A stretch of 64,000 nucleotides of DNA from the NCBI GenBank assembly GCA_023131975.1, contig JAGLYV010000078.1:73240-137239 (forward strand), given 5' to 3'. The notes beneath the pieces are model-generated. The model ran no database searches, was not told the origin of the DNA, and saw nothing but the letters and a program-made list of their open reading frames with translations. Below are positions 57,894-64,000 of the stretch, piece after piece. The DNA comes from Candidatus Krumholzibacteriia bacterium (GTDB lineage: Bacteria > Krumholzibacteriota > Krumholzibacteriia > Krumholzibacteriales > Krumholzibacteriaceae). Position 1 is the first letter of the stretch, and every line of letters starts with the position of its first letter. The translations under genes and the position numbers were made by a program.

Positions 57894-58406
57894 TCAGGCC
57901 GATTCGATCAGAAAAAGCGGCTGACCGAATTCGACTGGCTGGGAGTTACTGACAAGTATTTTCCTTATCGTGCCGCTTTTCTCGGCTTCTATCTCATTCA
58001 TCAGCTTCATCGCTTCGATAACACATATGACCTGCCCCTTTTCGACATGCTGTCCGGTCGTAACGAAGGCATCTGACTCAGGGGTCGGAGAGGTATAGAA
58101 CGTTCCCACCATCGGCGACAGGATCTCTTCCAGTCCTTCATCGGGTTCAGTCCGGGGAAGCTCGGGAGTATCGGGCGGCGGCGGTTTCTGGACCGTCTCG
58201 GGAGAAGGTCCGGCCGTCGGTTTTATCCCATCGATCGCCGGGACTTCAGAGGCCTGAGCGGATACGACACTCTCCCCGGACATGGAGACAGGTCGCGAAC
58301 GTCTGGCTACCCTGACCGTCCGCCAGAATGTCCTGACCTCTATCTCGTCAAGATCCTCGCTCTTGAGGATCGATACAAGCTCCATTATCATGTCTCGCAG
58401 TATCAT
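57894..58406 (-). CDS. accB: Biotin carboxyl carrier protein
   Basis: SPMVGTFY, EAMKLMNEI biotinylation motif, VEFGQPLF. Confidence 0.96.
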   Translation of the reverse strand: MILRDMIMELVSILKSEDLDEIEVRTFWRTVRVARRSRPVSMSGESVVSAQASEVPAIDGIKPTAGPSPETVQKPPPPDTPELPRTEPDEGLEEILSPMVGTFYTSPTPESDAFVTTGQHVEKGQVICVIEAMKLMNEIEAEKSGTIRKILVSNSQPVEFGQPLFLIESA

Positions 58407-58416
58407 CTTTATTATC

Positions 58417-58974
58417 CTAAACCCGTTCCATATAACGCCCGGTTCTCGTGTCCACTTTCAGTATATCTCCGACTTCGATAAAGAGAGGAACGGTGACCAC
58501 GGCACCGGTTTCCAGCTTCGCGCTTTTCGACCCGCCCTGCGCCGTATCTCCCCTGACTCCAGGCTCTGTCTCTGCCACAGCCAGTTCGACGAAAGTGGGC
58601 AGCTCGACAGCTAGAGGATTCGTACCATCCATGAGGACCGATATCTCGGTATTCTCCTTAAGATAAGGTATTACATCCTTGAGTAGTTCCTTTAAAAGCG
58701 GGATCTGCTCGTAAGTCTCCACATCCATCATGTAATAAAAATCGTCCGCATTGTAGAGGTACTGATACTTTTGCCTTACAATCCTTACTTCCTCGATTTT
58801 CTCTCCAGATCTGAAAGTCTTGTCGATGACAGCTCCTTCGGGGATCTTCTTGAGCTTGGTCCTGACAAACGCTGGACCCTTGCCCGGTTTCACGTGCTGG
58901 AACTCCACGATAGAGTAAAGTTGCTCACCCATCCTCATTATAAGTCCGTTTCTAAAATTGCTGGTGTCCGCCAA
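58417..58974 (-). CDS. efp: Elongation factor P
   Basis: HVKPGKGPAF, PGVRGDT, VPLFI, DTRTG-Y. Confidence 0.97.
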   Translation of the reverse strand: MADTSNFRNGLIMRMGEQLYSIVEFQHVKPGKGPAFVRTKLKKIPEGAVIDKTFRSGEKIEEVRIVRQKYQYLYNADDFYYMMDVETYEQIPLLKELLKDVIPYLKENTEISVLMDGTNPLAVELPTFVELAVAETEPGVRGDTAQGGSKSAKLETGAVVTVPLFIEVGDILKVDTRTGRYMERV

Positions 58975-58985
58975 TTCTTTTCCTT

Positions 58986-59930
58986 TCAGGTGTCCGACCC
59001 CGGATCCTTACCGCCTCGCTCATCCATGGTACGAAGCCATCGTTGAAAGTGGTCCATCTCTTCGGGACTATTCTCATCGACATTTTCAATCTTGTCTTTT
59101 CCGTCAATCACATCTTTCTGCTCATCATGAATTTCTTCTTTCGGCGGACTCTCACCGGTCTCTCCAGCAGTTTCTGCCTCTCCTCCTCCGAACCCCGAGG
59201 TATTTTCGACGATCTCATTGCTCACATCATCGACCGATATTGTGAGGACTTCCCCGTCAAACGTTTCTTCACGTTCTTTCTCCGAGGAATCCATGATCGA
59301 TTCGAGTTTCTCGATCATCCTGCTGACTTCTTCGTTGCCTGGCTCAGTCTCCAGAATATCGCGGTACATCCTCACAGCCTTGGAATAATAACCCTGTGAA
59401 GCATATATCCCCGCGAGTGTCATTGTCGCGATCTCGGCAGGCCTTTCGACTTTCTTTATCGATTCGTCTTTCTCAAGATCTATCTCTCTTACTTGAAATT
59501 CCTTTTCCATCTCTTCGATGATATTCTGCACAACCTCATTCGTGGGATCTATCGCCAGAAGTTTCCTGTAATTATCCCTGGCTTCTTCATAGCTGTTTTC
59601 CCCCAGGAATATGTCTCCAAGAAATTTCAATGCGACCATGTTCTCTGGATCCAGCCGCAGGACCCTGTCGAATTCGTCCTTCGACCGCTCAGTGGCGCCC
59701 TTGTCGTAAAAGCATTTGCCCAGGATGACATGAGCACTCGCATATTCGGGAAATCTCTCGAGGCCTTCCTCACAGAGTTCTATCGCCTTGTCTACAAGTC
59801 CGCTCTTCCTGTAAGCATCCGCCAGTGGGGCGAACAGCCTCGATCCGGGCGACTCGCTGTATCTTTCGGACATCTGCTTGATCTCTTCGCTGATATCGCC
59901 TGTCATCTCATCCATCCTTTTAGTGATCAT
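58986..59930 (-). CDS. TPR-containing protein with acidic low-complexity C-terminal region
   Basis: PGSRLFAPLADAY, tandem TPRs, TLAGIYASQG TPR; start uncertain. Confidence 0.8.
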   Translation of the reverse strand: MITKRMDEMTGDISEEIKQMSERYSESPGSRLFAPLADAYRKSGLVDKAIELCEEGLERFPEYASAHVILGKCFYDKGATERSKDEFDRVLRLDPENMVALKFLGDIFLGENSYEEARDNYRKLLAIDPTNEVVQNIIEEMEKEFQVREIDLEKDESIKKVERPAEIATMTLAGIYASQGYYSKAVRMYRDILETEPGNEEVSRMIEKLESIMDSSEKEREETFDGEVLTISVDDVSNEIVENTSGFGGGEAETAGETGESPPKEEIHDEQKDVIDGKDKIENVDENSPEEMDHFQRWLRTMDERGGKDPGSDT

Positions 59931-59941
59931 CGAACACGGCT

Positions 59942-59971
59942 AGGCTAACAAAGCAGTTGGGTCGATGTCAA
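59942..59971 (-). promoter_or_regulatory. Sigma-70-type promoter of the TPR-efp-accB run
   Basis: TTGACA-N18-TAGCCT with an extended -10 TG. Confidence 0.5.
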
Positions 59972-59992
59972 GCATTTGGTATCGGTCACCGC

Positions 59993-61003
59993 TTAACTTG
60001 TCTTGAATGTTTCCGCGACCGCCTTCAATTCACGCAACAGCGTGTGTTTGTTGAATCCAGGACCATAAACGACACAGTCCACGATCCAGAGTCGTTTACG
60101 GGATCTATCGTAGATGAAAAAAGAACTGAAGGGTCCTCCGAAAGTATCCTCAGAATTTTCCCAGTACCCATCCATCACAATCGCTTCGTAAGGACCCAGC
60201 CTGTCTTCGGAAAAGAACACGATGTCTCTTCTCATCACATCCCGGTCATACATCTTCCAGGCAAGATCCGATCTGATCTCATAGAATTTTGATGAATCTG
60301 CCAGGGATATCCCTTTCTTTCCCCAGTGCTGCCAGGATATCGTGATACCCCTGTGTGGTTCACGCCTGATGATCTCTACGGCAGGAACATCCTCCCGTTC
60401 CTGAAGCACTTCATAGAGAAAAGGTATTCTCAACGTGAATCCATACTGACTTCTGAGTCTCGTGGTGATCTCTGTCTTTTCCTTGGTAAGAAGGTAATCC
60501 CTCAGTCGCTCCCTGTTCGCTTCCTCTATGATATCCCTGATTGTCTGTCCATTGTTCTTTATTATATTCTTCAGACGTTCTTTGGACGAAGCCGTCACGA
60601 TGACCGTCAACTGGCCTGAATATGGATAATTGAGTTTCTTGAAGATGTGGGTTCTACCCTCCAGGACATTCCTGACCTCGTTTGTGCCTATGAAACTCTC
60701 GATCACCCTGCCGGTCTCGCCCCTTCTGACGACCCCGCAGATCACCATGTTCTTTGTGGGAGGCTCCTGTCTGACGTCGAATGCCCTGATCATCCTGAGC
60801 TTGAACTGGATCTCCATCTTCGTATAGTAGTCGACATGATGCTGCAGTTCCCTGATGATCAGGTCATTCACACCACCCGCCTTACCAGTCTCGGTCACAA
60901 GCACTACGTCGCTGTATGAACCTGCTGGCGGAAAAACCGTACTCCTGTTGCAGGAAACGGCAAGGATCACTATCAACAATAATGTACTCAGTAGTTTTCT
61001 CAT
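59993..61003 (-). CDS. DUF4837-like lipoprotein
   Basis: Start MRKLLS after GGAGG; lipobox AVSC; FTLRIP-Y, GYWE...GGPF, VYGPG...LRELKA pattern. Confidence 0.7.
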   Translation of the reverse strand: MRKLLSTLLLIVILAVSCNRSTVFPPAGSYSDVVLVTETGKAGGVNDLIIRELQHHVDYYTKMEIQFKLRMIRAFDVRQEPPTKNMVICGVVRRGETGRVIESFIGTNEVRNVLEGRTHIFKKLNYPYSGQLTVIVTASSKERLKNIIKNNGQTIRDIIEEANRERLRDYLLTKEKTEITTRLRSQYGFTLRIPFLYEVLQEREDVPAVEIIRREPHRGITISWQHWGKKGISLADSSKFYEIRSDLAWKMYDRDVMRRDIVFFSEDRLGPYEAIVMDGYWENSEDTFGGPFSSFFIYDRSRKRLWIVDCVVYGPGFNKHTLLRELKAVAETFKTS

Positions 61004-61019
61004 ACCCACCTCCAACCTA

Positions 61020-61048
61020 AACATAGACATTGAGTCGATTCTCATCAA
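61020..61048 (-). promoter_or_regulatory. Sigma-70-type promoter immediately after the terminator
   Basis: TTGATG-N17-TATGTT, short leader with GGAGG. Confidence 0.4.
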
Positions 61049-61078
61049 GAAAAAAGGGACACATCAGATGTCCCTTTT
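61049..61078 (-). terminator. Rho-independent terminator after the ECF/anti-sigma pair
   Basis: AAAAGGGACA/TGTCCCTTTT stem, 7-nt loop, T-rich tail on the minus strand. Confidence 0.75.
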
Positions 61079-61112
61079 CGTAATCCCTGTCCCGGTAGCT
61101 ATAGGATCGATA

Positions 61113-61787
61113 TCAGCGTTTCGAACTTCTCTGAAGAAGAAGTCTCTTCAGGTAAATATTCTCTCTCTTGTAATATTCCACGTATTCGCGCAGAGCCTCG
61201 TTCTCTTTCGTCAGATATTCGAGTTTTCTTTCAGATTCCAGCGAAAAGGGGCTCTGCCTTGAATAGCTATCCCCTGGATTCCCGCCCATAAAATCATCGG
61301 AGACCATCCTGATACCCGCGGGATAACCGGTGCGCGTGTAATTTATATCTATCCCCGGACCGTCCACCGGTATAGTCGTTGTATTCTGTCTGGCAAGGTT
61401 AGCGTTAGCCGACACCGCGGGGTCCTGCCCTCCAAAGTGGTCTCCGAAGAAAAACCACGCTCCGGCAAGCACGATGACGATCATCGCCGCCATCCCCGCG
61501 ACAAAACTGGGCCCCCATCCGGAATCTCCGAACACCGCTCCGGCCTGTGTCCTCATCACTCTGGACTTCTCGAACGCGATCCTGCGCTTAAGATTCCATT
61601 CAAAACTTTCGGACACCGCCATATCCGGCAGATCGACAAGCATATCGAGACACTCGTCTATCTCGCGGGCATACCGGGCGCATTTGAGACATATCTCCAG
61701 GTGTACCTGAAGCTGTATCTGCTCCGCTTCGGTAAGCAACCCGTCCCTGTTTTTCAGGATGTATTCTTTCGCCTTGCTGCATCTCAT
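61113..61787 (-). CDS. Zinc-binding (ZAS, HxxxCxxC) transmembrane anti-sigma factor
   Basis: HLEICLKC, single TM helix, extracytoplasmic tail; directly after the ECF sigma gene. Confidence 0.85.
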   Translation of the reverse strand: MRCSKAKEYILKNRDGLLTEAEQIQLQVHLEICLKCARYAREIDECLDMLVDLPDMAVSESFEWNLKRRIAFEKSRVMRTQAGAVFGDSGWGPSFVAGMAAMIVIVLAGAWFFFGDHFGGQDPAVSANANLARQNTTTIPVDGPGIDINYTRTGYPAGIRMVSDDFMGGNPGDSYSRQSPFSLESERKLEYLTKENEALREYVEYYKRENIYLKRLLLQRSSKR

Positions 61788-61789
61788 CG

Positions 61790-62461
61790 TCAGTTCTCCT
61801 TGAATCTGTTGTCGTCTCCCAAGAGGGGCGTAACGGCTTTTTTGAAATGCGCCCTTCCCCTGTTGATCCTCGACCGGACCGTTCCGAGCTTCAGTCCGGT
61901 TGCGGCAGCGATCTCCTCATATGTAAGTCCGTTCAGCTCTCTGAGTACAAAAGATGGACGGTATTTGACGGGGATCCTCTCTATCGCCTCCTGTATCAAT
62001 TCTTTCAACTTCTTCTGGTCCATCGAATCTTCGGGGCTGGGCGCGTCATCTTTCAGATCGACCCATCTTCCATCGCCACCGCCCTGGTCGTCGGACCACA
62101 TACTGACCATCCTGGGCCTTCTCTTGATATTCCTGATCCTGTTACGAACCAGGTTCGTGCCTATCGTATAGAGCCATGTAGAAAACTTCGCGATAGTCTT
62201 GTACTTGTCAGCATGCATATACGCCCTGACGAAAGTCTCCTGCGCGAATTCCTCAGCTTCGCTCTCATTACCAAGAAGACGGAACAGGTACGCGTAAAGC
62301 CTGTTCTTGTATCTTCCTACAAGAATGTCGAACGCCTGGTTCTGACCCTCCTGAACCTTCAGTATCAGGTCCTCATCAGTCAGTTCGACCAGCCTGGTGC
62401 GCCCGCTCTTCAACTGTCCGTGCAGGTTCAATCCATCATCTCCTGTCTTGTCATCTTCCAA
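61790..62461 (-). CDS. ECF sigma factor (RpoE/SigW-like)
   Basis: TDEDLI, AEEFAQETF, FSTWLYTI, LTYEEIA, GTVRSRINRGR. Confidence 0.93.
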   Translation of the reverse strand: MEDDKTGDDGLNLHGQLKSGRTRLVELTDEDLILKVQEGQNQAFDILVGRYKNRLYAYLFRLLGNESEAEEFAQETFVRAYMHADKYKTIAKFSTWLYTIGTNLVRNRIRNIKRRPRMVSMWSDDQGGGDGRWVDLKDDAPSPEDSMDQKKLKELIQEAIERIPVKYRPSFVLRELNGLTYEEIAAATGLKLGTVRSRINRGRAHFKKAVTPLLGDDNRFKEN

Positions 62462-62529
62462 AGATTGATACCCCTGTCCGGTAAACGAGTTCCAACGATT
62501 TTCACGATTTTTAATATTTCCCGGGGACT

Positions 62530-63252
62530 TCAGTCTGTTGCCAGAGCTTCTTCTTTGACTTCCGTGACCTCCAGGGCCACCCTTTCCGGACCAGACTCGT
62601 TCTCGATAACGATCTTTTCCGGATACCCGGGATATTTCCCATAACCGTATCTCGTATTATAACAAACGTTTGCAGCTATCATACATTGTCTCAGCGATGT
62701 CGGCAACCCGTTCTCCCCACATGTTACAGAAAGATTTCTCCCCCTCCAGTCACCCGTATCGGCGTTTTCCTCTCCTGAGACACCCCCACCTGCCATACCC
62801 CCATCTACCGGCGGTCCGGCAAGTAAAAGAAGATATGCGATATCGTCGGTATGTATCCTGAACCCGAAATGTTCTTCGAGCAGGGAAAGTGTCGTTTCGT
62901 TATCATAGAGTTTTCCGCGTTCATGATCCTGAATGACAATCGATTCACCGTCAATATAAATGGTGGCGTCTTCCCTGTAGGAACCGAAAAGGCTGGAATG
63001 AAGAAAATCGACCTGCAGGCTGCCGTCGGGATACCTCACTATCCTGCAGCTTCCCCGCACCCTGTACTTCGGAAGGTCTATCCTGACCTTGCACGTTATG
63101 ATAAACACATCTTCCAGAGGAAGCGCCGGGTACCTGATACCGGCATCCTCACCGGACGGCAGCACCTTACCGGACGGGAGAACGGCACATCCAGACAGGA
63201 TGAGAATGGCGGAGATCAGGACCAGATATGCAGGTGATGAATCAATCTTCAT
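62530..63252 (-). CDS. Lipoprotein, DUF4292/LolB-like fold candidate
   Basis: Lipobox LSGC; alternating beta-strand pattern; follows a long TPR gene. Confidence 0.55.
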   Translation of the reverse strand: MKIDSSPAYLVLISAILILSGCAVLPSGKVLPSGEDAGIRYPALPLEDVFIITCKVRIDLPKYRVRGSCRIVRYPDGSLQVDFLHSSLFGSYREDATIYIDGESIVIQDHERGKLYDNETTLSLLEEHFGFRIHTDDIAYLLLLAGPPVDGGMAGGGVSGEENADTGDWRGRNLSVTCGENGLPTSLRQCMIAANVCYNTRYGYGKYPGYPEKIVIENESGPERVALEVTEVKEEALATD

Positions 63253-64000
63253 TCATCGCGGCCTTTTTCGCTTTTCGAAGTTTACCGTGGACTGCGGGTT
63301 TGTCGGGATCGATAACGACAGATCTCGAATACGCATCCTCAGCGTCGACAAACAGGTTCAGCTTGAGATATGTATCACCGAGATGCTCCCATATGACAGG
63401 ATCACTTTCCACCAGGGTCACAGCTTCGACGAATATCTCCCTTGCCTTCTCGAATTCACCTTTACGATACTTTATCCATCCAAGGCTGTCGAGAAAATAG
63501 CCGTTCTCCGGTTCCTTCTGGATCGCCGAGACGAGCAACTCTTCGGCAAAATCAAGTCTGTCGCCCTTCTGGGCCAGCAGATATCCGTAAAAATTACCTA
63601 TCGAAGCGTTGTCCGGAGAGATCTCGTACAGGAAGCGCACTCTCACGAGTGCCTTTTCAAATTCCTCCATATCTTCGTAAAGAGACGCGACCTCCAGCAG
63701 GATCCTCTCCTCTCCCGGCTGCAGCTTCTCGGCCCGGAGCAGGAAATCCATCGCCCTCTTTCCGTCATCTATCTTTCTGTAGATCATCCCGAGGATATAA
63801 TTGTCATCGGCAGAACTCTCGTCATGCCGCTTGACAGCTTCTTTCAGGACCGCGCGTCCCTCGGCCGGGGAAAGTGAGGGCTCTTCTCCGGGATCAGAAG
63901 GTTCACCGGCCAGCCCGAATGAGATGAGCAGAAGACCGACATAGTTCGTAAAGTTGTCCGGTTCGACATCTATAAGCCTTTTAAGATGAGCCTCGGCCTT
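63242..64000 (-). CDS. TPR protein, 5' end outside the window
   Basis: Frame is open to base 64000 (KAEAHLKRLIDVEPDN...); NFYGYLLA, YFLDSLGWIKY, IWEHLGD TPR motifs. Confidence 0.88.
   Translation of the reverse strand, partial: KAEAHLKRLIDVEPDNFTNYVGLLLISFGLAGEPSDPGEEPSLSPAEGRAVLKEAVKRHDESSADDNYILGMIYRKIDDGKRAMDFLLRAEKLQPGEERILLEVASLYEDMEEFEKALVRVRFLYEISPDNASIGNFYGYLLAQKGDRLDFAEELLVSAIQKEPENGYFLDSLGWIKYRKGEFEKAREIFVEAVTLVESDPVIWEHLGDTYLKLNLFVDAEDAYSRSVVIDPDKPAVHGKLRKAKKAAMNED

Noticed and set aside
1-64000. tRNA, rRNA, CRISPR array, transposase, integrase or prophage
   Set aside because: No cloverleaf/T-loop in intergenic DNA, no spaced direct-repeat array and no mobile-element motifs; intergenic gaps are short and composition looks uniform

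Overview
A 64 kb stretch of core chromosome from a diderm (LPS-making) bacterium. The lpxC-fabZ fusion, the DUF4837- and DUF4292-like lipoproteins and the Gld-type ABC transporter suggest an FCB-related lineage, possibly a candidate phylum (inference only). About 55 CDS, nearly all on the minus strand: an LPS core/export operon headed by lon, a lipid A/outer-membrane superoperon (lolC/E-lolD-mcsA-mcsB-clpC-bamA-skp-lpxD-lpxC/fabZ-lpxA-gnnA-like-lpxB-DUF374-lpxK), housekeeping genes (bamD, nadD, polA, coaE, prfB with its programmed +1 frameshift, lysS, rimO, ftsK, thiE, efp, accB, accC, nadB) and an ECF sigma/anti-sigma pair. I saw no tRNA, rRNA, CRISPR array or mobile element. Best candidate for an undescribed system: a tightly coupled plus-strand operon (12.6-20.0 kb) in which a GldA/F/G-like ABC transporter and a DUF4340 protein run into an AmmeMemoRadiSam module. 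Its radical SAM enzyme has a twin-arginine-type N-terminus and its Memo-AMMECR1 fusion has a Sec-like N-terminus. A membrane-embedded, catalytically altered spermidine-synthase-like protein converges on it. Other notable items: two sigma-54-type promoters in front of orphan envelope genes (one encoding an L7/L12-CTD-like + Zn-ribbon + TM protein), a pilT-like ATPase between accB and accC, and McsA/McsB/ClpC in a Gram-negative envelope operon. All family calls come from motif recognition by eye, not database searches.
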